A DNA stretch of 64,000 bases from Carpediemonas membranifera BICM (Eukaryota; Protista; Fornicata), in the NCBI GenBank assembly GCA_019828565.1, contig JAHDYR010000005.1, forward strand, positions 583,200 through 647,199, written 5' to 3'. The stretch's first letter is position 1, and each line of letters opens with the position of its first letter. Of this stretch, positions 1 through 9,109 are shown one piece after another. The notes under the pieces are model-generated. The model made no database searches. It worked only from the letters and a program-made list of their open reading frames with translations, and had not been told where the DNA came from. The position numbers and the translations under genes were made by a program.

Positions 1-2
1 CG

Positions 3-242
3 CTGCTGACCCACCTCGCCCGCCCCATGGTGGAGGGCACCGACTATGGGTGGGGCCTGTTCGAGATGGACGAGACCATGAAAACGCGGTATAAGACCGC
101 ACTGCACGCGCAGCAGTTCGGGTCCTCCTCGGTACCGGGCACGGCGAGGCAGTCGGCCAACCTGGACAGTGATGACTCGAGCGACGACGAGGACGCTGTG
201 GGGTTTCTGACAATCGGCGATGCTGGGCTGGCTCCGGGCTGA
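3..242 (+). CDS. 3' end of an upstream gene truncated by the window edge (acidic C-terminus), product unknown
   Basis: Frame open from the window start to TGA 240-242 with host-like GC3 codon usage; too short to assign. Confidence 0.5.
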   Translation: MLTHLARPMVEGTDYGWGLFEMDETMKTRYKTALHAQQFGSSSVPGTARQSANLDSDDSSDDEDAVGFLTIGDAGLAPG

Positions 243-350
243 GTGCGGCCACGTCGGTTCGTGGCTTTACGACGCGACTTCTTGACCTCACAATCGATCA
301 GACCAACACGGGTCCAACGAGCCCCGGTCTTAAGGGAAGATAAAGGCGCC

Positions 351-2561
351 ATGGATGGTTTAATAACACTAACAGCACAGCAGATTGATCTGAAGACGCG
401 TTCATCGCCTATCCGGGCCGCTGAACTCAAAACTCTTCCTGTGATCCCACCAACGCTGAAGAAGCGCCGAAAGCCGAAGAAACCGAAACAATCTAAGCCA
501 AAAGAGCCCGAGGACTTCAAGCTTCCCTCCGGTCTGAGCGGTGATGGTGTTATGTACCGCTCGACTTCGCTGCCACGAATTCGCCGCGCCAAGGTCACCT
601 GTAAGCCGCCAGTGCCGAAGCAGCGGGTGAAGAGAGCTATCAGCAACCCTATGCGAACCCCCACCCCGCGCCGGTCCCGGAAAACGCTCCCCACGCTGGA
701 CCACGATTTGCCCCTCGTCGAGGACGTCCCCGTGCCGCGCACAACGCCCGACAGACCCCCTCGCCGACTACTCAAGCCACTACGCCGGCCAGCCTGGAAG
801 TCCACCGACACGCTAGCCGAGGGGGGTGCATGTGTGGGTCATTGGGAGGCCGTCCGCTGGTACGAGCGTGACCCCGCGGACACCGGGTCGGCGTCGGCAC
901 CAGCAACTAGGGTGCAGCTGTTCGACTTCGTGGCGTCCCGCTCGACGGCAGACCCCGCCCGAGTCCTGAAACAGCGTGCCAAGTTCCTAGAGGCCAGCGG
1001 TCTCGAACCCGGGACGAAGCTCTTCACGCTCATGGGGCCGTATGAGGATCTCAGGGCGGCATTGAGGCGGCGAGGCTGGGTCGAGTGCCCTGAGGCCCGG
1101 GAGACACTAGCGTCCGACCTCATTGTTGCCGTGAAGTCGGGGCTGATTGCCCCGGACTCCCTCCCCCCGACCGTGATGCACAACCACTACGCCGGATCGA
1201 CCGGGCTGACCACGAAAGCAGGCCTGTGCCGCAACATCCGGGACCTCCCGTGGTATGAGCCCGCGGACCATCGGGCCTTCTTCCCCCTGTCGTTCGACCT
1301 TGGGGCCAGCGGGGACGTCGCCATGTTCAAGCGGGCGCAGGCGGTGTTCGGTGCGCTGTCCATCCTGGAGGCGGCCCTAGTGAAGGCTGTCGCCCCCGCT
1401 GCCGTCGCCGCAGCTAAGGCCGTCCTCCACCAGATGTCGTGGGAGCGCCACAACAGGTCGCCGTCAGGGGGCAAGGAGGTTCCCATGGCGATCCCGGCTG
1501 ACTGGGCCGAAGTCGCAGGGTTCGTCAGTAGGAAGCTACCCGCCGCCCCCTCAACCCTGTCCGCTGATGAGGCCGGGGACGTCCGCTCACTGCTGGTCGG
1601 GTACCGCGCCATTGACCCTGCGGCTGTGCTCACAGTCGGGCAGAACGCGTGGGTCTGCAAGCCGGCCGGGAAGAGCAGGGGGCGGGGCATACTGTGCCTG
1701 GACACGCTGGCGGGCATCCTGGCCCTGGCGGGCTCGGAGACAGAGCACTACGTCGTCCAAAAGTACATTGAGCGACCTTTGTTGATTCATAACCGCAAGT
1801 TCGACTGTCGCGTGTGGTGTCTGGTGACTTCTGTCTCGCCCTTCACGGTCTGGGTGTACGACGACTACTACCTCCGCTTCTGCTGCGAGGACTTCTCCAT
1901 GGATGACCTGGCCAACACATACGTCCACCTCGCCAACAACAGCGTCCAGAAGAACAGCACAAACTTCGACAACATCGTGCCCCCGGACGCCGACCACCTC
2001 TGCCCAACCGATGGCCGGCCGCTGAAGAAGACCGAGCGGGCGAATAACATGTGGGCGAGCGCCTCGTTCGCGGAGTACATCGCTCGGACATATGGTCCGG
2101 GAGCATACGACGCGATGATGGCCGCCATGCGGGTTGCCCTGGTAGACACGCTCATCGTCGGCCAGAACACGCTTGTGCCCCGCCGCCGTAGCTATGAGCT
2201 GTTCGGGGTCGACGTCGTCTTTGACACGGAGCTGAAGCCCTGGGTTCTCGAGGTCAACTCAAGCCCCACTCTGGAGCACTCGTCATACGTCACGGCGAGG
2301 CTGGTGCCCGCAGCAATGGAGGGGCTCGTCTCAATCCTACTCGACCTCGATCGGGTCAAGACCTTGCCCAAGGCCAAGCATGGCTGGGCCCACGGCGGGC
2401 TCGGGCTGGGGGCAGGCGAGGGTGGTCTCCCCTCGACGCTGGGGGCCTGGCGGCTGGTGTACCGGGGCATGAACCCGGGGCGGGTGTCGGATGGCTGCGG
2501 TCTGGAGCTGCGTGGTGCCAATGTCGACCCGCCGCCCAGGTTCGACCGACCCTTTCATTGA
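351..2561 (+). CDS. TTLL3: Tubulin-tyrosine-ligase-like protein, TTLL3/8-type tubulin glycylase
   Basis: TTKAGLCRNIRDLPW, FFPLSFDL, WVCKPAGKSRGRGI, VVQKYIERPLLI..RKFDCRVW, HLANNSVQK, YELFGVD..LEVNSSP; first ATG at 351. Confidence 0.85.
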   Translation: MDGLITLTAQQIDLKTRSSPIRAAELKTLPVIPPTLKKRRKPKKPKQSKPKEPEDFKLPSGLSGDGVMYRSTSLPRIRRAKVTCKPPVPKQRVKRAISNPMRTPTPRRSRKTLPTLDHDLPLVEDVPVPRTTPDRPPRRLLKPLRRPAWKSTDTLAEGGACVGHWEAVRWYERDPADTGSASAPATRVQLFDFVASRSTADPARVLKQRAKFLEASGLEPGTKLFTLMGPYEDLRAALRRRGWVECPEARETLASDLIVAVKSGLIAPDSLPPTVMHNHYAGSTGLTTKAGLCRNIRDLPWYEPADHRAFFPLSFDLGASGDVAMFKRAQAVFGALSILEAALVKAVAPAAVAAAKAVLHQMSWERHNRSPSGGKEVPMAIPADWAEVAGFVSRKLPAAPSTLSADEAGDVRSLLVGYRAIDPAAVLTVGQNAWVCKPAGKSRGRGILCLDTLAGILALAGSETEHYVVQKYIERPLLIHNRKFDCRVWCLVTSVSPFTVWVYDDYYLRFCCEDFSMDDLANTYVHLANNSVQKNSTNFDNIVPPDADHLCPTDGRPLKKTERANNMWASASFAEYIARTYGPGAYDAMMAAMRVALVDTLIVGQNTLVPRRRSYELFGVDVVFDTELKPWVLEVNSSPTLEHSSYVTARLVPAAMEGLVSILLDLDRVKTLPKAKHGWAHGGLGLGAGEGGLPSTLGAWRLVYRGMNPGRVSDGCGLELRGANVDPPPRFDRPFH

Positions 2562-2753
2562 TTACGAATTTACTCGATTACAAACGTCATTTACGAATTT
2601 ATCCGTGTCTATATAAAGAAGATATGCTGCAGCTTTGGGCCGGACTTTGCTGTTGGCCATATCACAAGGTAAAGGAAGTTGGCACCGGGGATTAAGGCTG
2701 CATTACATGTTACTTATCCCTGTTAAACACTACTATTAACATGTCCATTTACA

Positions 2754-4211
2754 CTACCAGCCCTCCATCTCCTCCTTGATCTTCAGCAGCCGCTCCTTCC
2801 CGACTGTCTCGAACTTCACTCCATGCCGGGCCTCAACCATCTTCGTGACCTGGTCGAAGTTGGCGTCCGTCTGGAGCTTCAGGGAGACCGCGAACCCGTC
2901 CCTGCCGTACCGTCCGCACCGCCCAACGCGGTGGAGGTATGTGTCGACGCGGGTGTCGTTGTGGGCCTCCAGGAATGACGGCATGTCGTAGTTCACCACG
3001 ACTCGGACCGCGGGGACGTCCACGCCGCGGGAGATGATGTCGGTGCACACGAGCACCTTTGTCGCGGCCCGTCTGAAGTCTGCCATGACGGCCCTCCGCT
3101 GGTCATGGTCCAGGTCTGCCTGCAGACAGCCGACCTGGTGCCCGTCCGCCGTGAGACGGTCGGCCAGCTGCTGCGCCTGCTTCCTGGTTGCGACGAATAT
3201 GATGGCCTGTGCCCCGCTGAGCACTGTCTGCCAGAGGACCTTGAGGGCGCCGTACTTATCCCCGAACTCTGCCACCGGGAGGGTGAAGTGGCGGATGTTC
3301 TGGGGGTTCACCTCTGCGATGTCGTCGTCCTCCTTGCCGACCGCGATCCGCTTGCCCGTCTGCAGGATGGTGCTGCTGATGGCCCGGATGTCCTCGTTGT
3401 ACGTCGCACTGAAGAACAGGATCTGCAGGTCGGGGTGCGTCAGACGCGTGCTGATCGACGCCAGCTGCTTCTTGGCGCGCTGCTGGTGCTGGTCGCTCCG
3501 CTTCTTACCACTGGCGGCGGCGTCAGGGTGGAGCACCTTGATCAGGTCGTCGGCCTCGTCGATGACGTAGCAGATGATGTCGTCCGTGGGGATCTGCTTG
3601 CCGATGAGCCTGTGCAGGGTGCCGAGGGTGCCGATGACGATGTGCTCCGTGACGGCCGTCTCGTCCATCTGGGTCCCCACCACACGGTGCCGCACATTGG
3701 TCTTCTTACCCAGAACCTCCACTGTCTTGGCGATCTGGTGGGCGAGCTCTGCGGTGGGCACGAGGCACAGGACCTGGGGGGCGGCCTTCGTCTCGTCCAC
3801 CGTGCTCAGCATCTTGATCACAAAGGCGGCTGTCTTGCCAGTGCCCGTGGGAGCTTGTGCGATGAGACGCTCGTTGCTATCGAGCACGATGCCGAGTGTG
3901 GCCCGCTGGATCATCGATGGCACGTTGTATCCCGCAAGGTCGATGCCCTTCTGGATGTCCTTGCGGATGCCGAAATCAGCGAACTTCTCCTTCTGGAGAT
4001 GCTTGGAGATATCTACCTCGCTGTCATCTGCGATTGAGAAGCAGCGGAGGCTCGTGGAGTCGATATGGGATGAGACGTCCTTTCCCATACCGTAGCCCGT
4101 CATATCGATCTCTTCTGGGTAATTCTGATGTTTCTAGGGGAACAAACCGTCATCATCCGCCACGGCGATGTTGGATATCGCCGCGTTCACCGCTTTCTCT
4201 TCTTCGGCCAT
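2754..4211 (-). CDS. DBP5: DEAD-box RNA helicase, Dbp5/DDX19-like; one 33-nt intron (4115-4147)
   Basis: AQAPTGTGKT, PTAELA, DEAD, FSAT, RGVD, HRVGRCGRYGR; removing GTTTGT...TTACCCAG (contains in-frame TAG) joins MAEEEK...DDD to EEIDMTG in frame. Confidence 0.8.
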
Positions 4212-4222
4212 GCGGGCGGGTC

Positions 4223-4268
4223 ATTTACGCGTATACATACCTCTCAATGTACCGGTTCACACCGGTCC
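4223..4268 (-). promoter_or_regulatory. Conserved 46-nt two-hairpin element, copy 1, ending 11 nt upstream of the Dbp5 ATG
   Basis: 41/46 identical to 29669-29714 upstream of eIF3d. Confidence 0.7.
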
Positions 4269-4580
4269 AATTCTGTCCAACGTCAGCCAGCCTACAGGCC
4301 GGGGGCGGAGCTGCCACTAACGCTGGCGAAACGAGCAAGCAAATCTGACAAAACGCGCCAATTGAAATGATGCCCAAAATCGCACGAATGGTAATCCAAT
4401 AGTCCTAGTAGGACGCATGACTCCGCGTCCGGTCGCGCTGCCCAGTCCTGCGACTCCGCCGCGAGTCTGTCCACTCAGTGTCATTCGGCGATGACACCCT
4501 CGGAAAGGCCCAGAGGGACAAGATGCCGCTCATATCATACATGAGACGCCTATACAAGGAGAATATTACGTTACATTAGC

Positions 4581-7433
4581 ATGTATCACCCGCAGCACTC
4601 ACACAGTCAGCTTGATCAGGTCATCGCGGACATCGAGCCCCTCAAAACCCTCCTCATAATGACAGAAAGCCCATTTGTCACGTTTACGGAGAGTTTTCGT
4701 GTTCATTCAGCGAGCGAACTGTTCCGCCAGCTGCATCCCCTCAGGCCACGACGGACGCCAGCGACGACTGCGTTCATGACCCGGGCACTGATCCCACTGA
4801 CTCAATTCACACCGAACTCGGTCTTCATGGACCATGTGACGACGCCCAACGGCTCTGTGGCGCTGTGGTGGTCGGTCCACGGGCACTACCGGCATGGCGC
4901 CCTCAAGGCCGTCACCGTAGTCGGCTCCTACACCGGCGCAGCACTAAGTCCCAGGTCGTTTGGCCGCATCACCGAGACCCAGTTGTTCGAGATGATGAAC
5001 CACAGTGCAGCCGAGGCGTTCTATGTGCTTAAGGTCGACCCGACGGACCCGCGGGGGCTCAGGTCGGTGTTCTGCAGCCGGCTCTTCGTGCAATGGTGGG
5101 GTACGGATAAGATCTCGTTGGACAACTGGCTGTCCCCGATTGTAACGCCCAAGCCAGTCGAGGATGGTTTGTTTGAATTCTTACGGAGCGCCAGGGAGCG
5201 GCATGCTGATGAGTTCGTCATCAAGGCCGCAGATACTGGGCAATATCGCTGGGTCCGAGCCGTATCTATCAAGATTCTGGGCAGTCAGGGCGAAATGACC
5301 CACCTGTTCTCAACCATCCAGGACATCACCGCGAGTGTGCTGGCCGCTGACCTCAGCATGAGTCTGAGGTACATATACGAGCTTCTGAGGGACCATAGTC
5401 CAGACATCATCATCCTAGTCGACCTAGCCGTTCACAGACCTCTCTTTATCAGCAAAGCGTGGGAACGATACACGGGCGCGGGGACCCGGTCCGTGGAGGA
5501 GAACGACGTTGAGTATTGCCGCAACTTCATCCCGGAAGACGAGGCAGACTGGTTCATAAGGCGGTTCACACTCTTCATGGCTGGAAAAGGGCCACTCAAT
5601 ATCCGGCACCGGTTTGTCAATATGAAGACGGGCGCGTTGTATCACATGGACCTCAAGGGAACTTACATCAGGGAAGGTGGTCGGCCCAGCGCCGCTCTAC
5701 TGGTGGCTACAGAGGTTTCTGACCTCGTCGAGGCGCAGCGGAGGATGGCCGAGACCAGTGTGCTGTTTGATCAGATGGCGACGACGCTGGATGACGCCTT
5801 CTGGATATGCGCGCCACCCACCGTCGAGAAGATCTTCTCGGACATGCTCTTCGTGTCATATGCCGCCCATGACCTGCTGGGCATCTCCCCGGAGGTTCTC
5901 GAGTACGACGTCAGCACGCTGCTCACGATAATGTCCCCTGATACCCAGGAGCGGATCCTCGCCGTGTTCAGCGAGTTCAACTACAACTGCGTCTTCCACC
6001 CCGCGGACGCCGAGCTCCACGTCACTGTGCCCGTCACCGTGGAGGGTCGGGTGAAGCAGATCCTCATCAGGGGTAGCCCCGTCCTTAACATGCGGGGCAA
6101 GGTTGTACGAGTGTGCGGCGTGGTGACCGATGTGACCGAGCTGCTCGATCTACAGGACAAGCTGGAGACCAGCATCAAGTGGTTCGACCTTATCAGTGAC
6201 AACCTGGACTGTGTCTTTTACCTGCTGTCGGCACCAAAGAACCAGACGGGCATGGACGTCCCCCTGTTCCGGATGTCGTACATCAACCGCTACTGGACCG
6301 AGCTCACGGGCCTCCCCATGGCTAAGGGCTACGACTCGAACTACTGGTGGACGGTGGTGCACCCGGACGACCGCGACTACGCCATGAAATCATTCACGGA
6401 CTGGACGCTGACGAGGTCGTATCGCATCGTCAGGCAGGACGGGAGGACCGTGCACGTCACGGAACGGCGGGTGAGGCTCACCGACGACGGAGACAACCTG
6501 TCCGTGGCCGGATTCGTCATGAACAACACTGATCTCGTCATCGCACAGCAGCAGAAGACAGAGGCTCAAGCCCAGCTCCACCGCGCACAGAAGCTCGAGA
6601 GCCTCGGCGTCCTGGCGGGGGGTGTGTCGCACGACTTCAACAACGCGCTGACCATCGTCATGGGAAACACGGACATGGCGCTAGAGCTGGTCGAGCCCGG
6701 CACTGAGGTCCACGGCATGCTGCAGGAGATGATCGAGGCGGCGACCCGGGCATGCACCTTTACGGCCCAGTTGCTGTCCTACTCGGGCAAGGGCCAAATG
6801 CAGGTCAGCCCCGTTAACCTGGCGACCGTAGTCAGCGAGCTCTCACAGGTGATCAGGGCGAGTGCGACGCCCAACATCAGCGTGTCCTTTGAGATCGAGG
6901 ACCCCGAGACGGTCCCCTTGATCCGGGGTGACTCGAACCAGCTGCGGCAGGTGGTCATGAATCTGACCACGAACGGCATGGAGGCGATTGGCGGCGACGA
7001 TCCAGGGCACTTCAGGCTCTCGGTCTACGGATGCTCGTACAGGGACGTCGTGGCGCTGGAGGTGTCGGACACGGGCAAGGGCATGTCCGTTGATGTCCAG
7101 GCACGGTTGTTCGAGCCCTTCTTCTCGACCAAGAGCATTGAGACTGTCTCAGGGATGGGGCTGGCCGCGGTCAAGGGCATTGTCGACAACCATAAGGGGA
7201 AGATCGAAGTCAGAACTGGTGATAGCGGTGGGACACGCGTAGTTGTCATGTTTAGCTCGGTAAATGCCGATGATTATCGTCTGCTCGGAGTCACGGAGTC
7301 ATCGTCGCAATGGAGCAGCTCAACGCGAGAGTTGATGCACTTTGTAAGCACTTCAACGTACCTAATGAGCTTGATTGTCTGCGTGTGGCTGCATGCGCCA
7401 CGAAGCTCGGTCTCCGGGCAGAATACGCGGTGA
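4581..7433 (+). CDS. Multi-PAS sensor histidine kinase (HisKA + HATPase_c), bacterial CckA/NtrB-like, no receiver domain
   Basis: PAS/PAC repeats (VHPDDR, RWVRA, TIQDIT), H-box LESLGVLAGGVSHDFNN, N-box QLRQVVMNLTTNG, VSDTGKGM, LFEPFFSTK, GMGLA; exact start and tail uncertain. Confidence 0.9.
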   Translation: MYHPQHSHSQLDQVIADIEPLKTLLIMTESPFVTFTESFRVHSASELFRQLHPLRPRRTPATTAFMTRALIPLTQFTPNSVFMDHVTTPNGSVALWWSVHGHYRHGALKAVTVVGSYTGAALSPRSFGRITETQLFEMMNHSAAEAFYVLKVDPTDPRGLRSVFCSRLFVQWWGTDKISLDNWLSPIVTPKPVEDGLFEFLRSARERHADEFVIKAADTGQYRWVRAVSIKILGSQGEMTHLFSTIQDITASVLAADLSMSLRYIYELLRDHSPDIIILVDLAVHRPLFISKAWERYTGAGTRSVEENDVEYCRNFIPEDEADWFIRRFTLFMAGKGPLNIRHRFVNMKTGALYHMDLKGTYIREGGRPSAALLVATEVSDLVEAQRRMAETSVLFDQMATTLDDAFWICAPPTVEKIFSDMLFVSYAAHDLLGISPEVLEYDVSTLLTIMSPDTQERILAVFSEFNYNCVFHPADAELHVTVPVTVEGRVKQILIRGSPVLNMRGKVVRVCGVVTDVTELLDLQDKLETSIKWFDLISDNLDCVFYLLSAPKNQTGMDVPLFRMSYINRYWTELTGLPMAKGYDSNYWWTVVHPDDRDYAMKSFTDWTLTRSYRIVRQDGRTVHVTERRVRLTDDGDNLSVAGFVMNNTDLVIAQQQKTEAQAQLHRAQKLESLGVLAGGVSHDFNNALTIVMGNTDMALELVEPGTEVHGMLQEMIEAATRACTFTAQLLSYSGKGQMQVSPVNLATVVSELSQVIRASATPNISVSFEIEDPETVPLIRGDSNQLRQVVMNLTTNGMEAIGGDDPGHFRLSVYGCSYRDVVALEVSDTGKGMSVDVQARLFEPFFSTKSIETVSGMGLAAVKGIVDNHKGKIEVRTGDSGGTRVVVMFSSVNADDYRLLGVTESSSQWSSSTRELMHFVSTSTYLMSLIVCVWLHAPRSSVSGQNTR

Positions 7434-7951
7434 TGCCACATGACTACTACGACAGGACTCTGGAGGAACGCCGCAGGCTCCTCAAGGCTGCATCCACAGA
7501 CGCCTTATGCAAATCACTTATCTTTGAGAACATCCATTACAGTGGAGAGACCGGTGAGGCATCCGAGACGGCTGACGCTCACAACTCCCGCTACTACATC
7601 TGCATCGTGCAGTATAACAGGAAGATCAGCGACCAGAAGCTCGCCAAGTTCGTCCGTACCCAGGGCGGCCTCTCCCGCAAGCAGGTGAACCTCCGTGTGG
7701 CAAGCGAGGGCGACGCCCTGGCCGGGTTTCAGTTCAACGGCGTGGCGCCCGTGGGGATGCTCAAGGACATCCCGATTATTGTGTCAGACGCCATCATGGC
7801 CCAGTCCTACATATACTGTGGCGGGGGTGTGGAGCATGTCAAGATGGGCGTCAAGCCAGCCGAGTATGTCTCCAAGTACCGCTTCGTCGACCCGGACACC
7901 ATGGCCGCCGGCGTGGAGGGCCGCATTATGGTTGCTGACATCACTGTGTGA
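7310..7951 (+). CDS. YbaK / aminoacyl-tRNA-synthetase-associated editing domain protein
   Basis: DYYDRTLEERR, LCKSLIFEN, SRYYICIVQY, GFQFNGVAPVG, CGGG..HVKMG. Confidence 0.8.
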   Translation: MEQLNARVDALCKHFNVPNELDCLRVAACATKLGLRAEYAVMPHDYYDRTLEERRRLLKAASTDALCKSLIFENIHYSGETGEASETADAHNSRYYICIVQYNRKISDQKLAKFVRTQGGLSRKQVNLRVASEGDALAGFQFNGVAPVGMLKDIPIIVSDAIMAQSYIYCGGGVEHVKMGVKPAEYVSKYRFVDPDTMAAGVEGRIMVADITV

Positions 7952-8019
7952 AGAGTGCTCGCTGATCATTTAAAGACGACCATTGGTGCCGTGTTGTTCT
8001 ATGTCACCTTGGGGCAAAC

Positions 8020-8799
8020 TCAGTTCCTCGGGTCTGCCTGCAGGATGGTCGTGTCGAGTCCCCCTTGCCGCAGGGTCTCCGTGAGGTCCCGGAGCCTGGA
8101 CCCGTACTGCCCCATGGAGGTCGACCCGGCGTTGGAGGGCAGCTGGGCGTTGCTCTGTGCTGGTGGGATGAACAGAGCCTCGAACACGGTGTGGGGCGTG
8201 AAGATACGGCAGTCGCAGGAGGTCGTGGCGAGCACCAGTGCGACGAACAGGGCGTGGTGCGTCACAATGACCAGGATGCGGGTGAACTCAGACGGCATAG
8301 ACTGGATGATGGGGCGGGGATGGCGCAGGAAGAACCACGGCATCGAGAGGAGCCCGGCGTCCTCGCTGAAGACGAGCGCCGTCGAAAACATCAGTACACA
8401 CAGTGAAAGAAGCAGCAGGCGGTGTCTTCGGTGCTCAAAGAACATGATACCGAGTATTACTGGCCCCACGATGTATACAGAGAACGTGGTCATGTATGTT
8501 GCCATAAGAATAACGTACTCCAGCACAGAGAGCAGGTAAAGGTACCGCTTGAAGCGCATCGCCTTAACATAGTAGCCATCGTCTGGTGTTTGCAAGTTGG
8601 GGAGCGTTGGGGCGCCAAAATTCATGCTAGGGTGCTTCTTGGCAACCTCGTGACGATCTGATTGAAAATCTGATAAGCGCGGGGCCTGGGACATACGGCC
8701 CGTCGACCCGACATGGTCGAGCATGGGAGCCTCCATCGGCATAATGCTCATCAATAATCCCCAGCTGAAGTATTGCCTGCGCTGCATTTTCCTGACCAC
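8020..8799 (-). CDS. Hypothetical multi-pass membrane protein
   Basis: 259-codon ORF filling the intergenic space with 3-4 hydrophobic helices; start uncertain. Confidence 0.6.
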   Translation of the reverse strand: MVRKMQRRQYFSWGLLMSIMPMEAPMLDHVGSTGRMSQAPRLSDFQSDRHEVAKKHPSMNFGAPTLPNLQTPDDGYYVKAMRFKRYLYLLSVLEYVILMATYMTTFSVYIVGPVILGIMFFEHRRHRLLLLSLCVLMFSTALVFSEDAGLLSMPWFFLRHPRPIIQSMPSEFTRILVIVTHHALFVALVLATTSCDCRIFTPHTVFEALFIPPAQSNAQLPSNAGSTSMGQYGSRLRDLTETLRQGGLDTTILQADPRN

Positions 8800-9109
8800 C
8801 GCGACATTACCCCGCCCAACCAGCTGTCAACACACGAGTGCCAGAACGCCACCTCTGCTCCATGCCACACCAGGCTGTGCTGCGCTCTGCCCCGATCCAT
8901 GCCGAGGATGCCCGTGCCCACCCCGTGACCCGGGTCCACGTCCCCGTCCTACCAGGCACCGCAGCTTGTTCAGAAGCCGGTGCTGTGTGTTTTAGACCAA
9001 ATTTCGCCGAATCTGCACTTTTCGAGAGTTGCCTGCGCGGCTCCCCTGACCGCTGTGCAGGTTAGCCCCCCAGAACTGCCTGGAACACCCAAACCACCAC
9101 AAAGCCGCC

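Noticed and set aside
3105-4037. Long antisense/shadow ORFs (e.g. 3105-4037, 34249-35490, 40792-42231, 44930-46144)
   Set aside because: They overlap well-supported genes on the other strand, lack motifs, and are expected from high GC3 codon bias
4233-4243. U1 snRNA 5' end or a 5' splice site (ATACATACCT / AGGTATGTAT) within the 46-nt element
   Set aside because: The second copy changes the critical base (GGAATG) and no U1 stem-loops or Sm site follow
4581-7433. Bacterial contamination as the source of the histidine kinases
   Set aside because: Both copies are flanked by eukaryotic genes and share host codon usage
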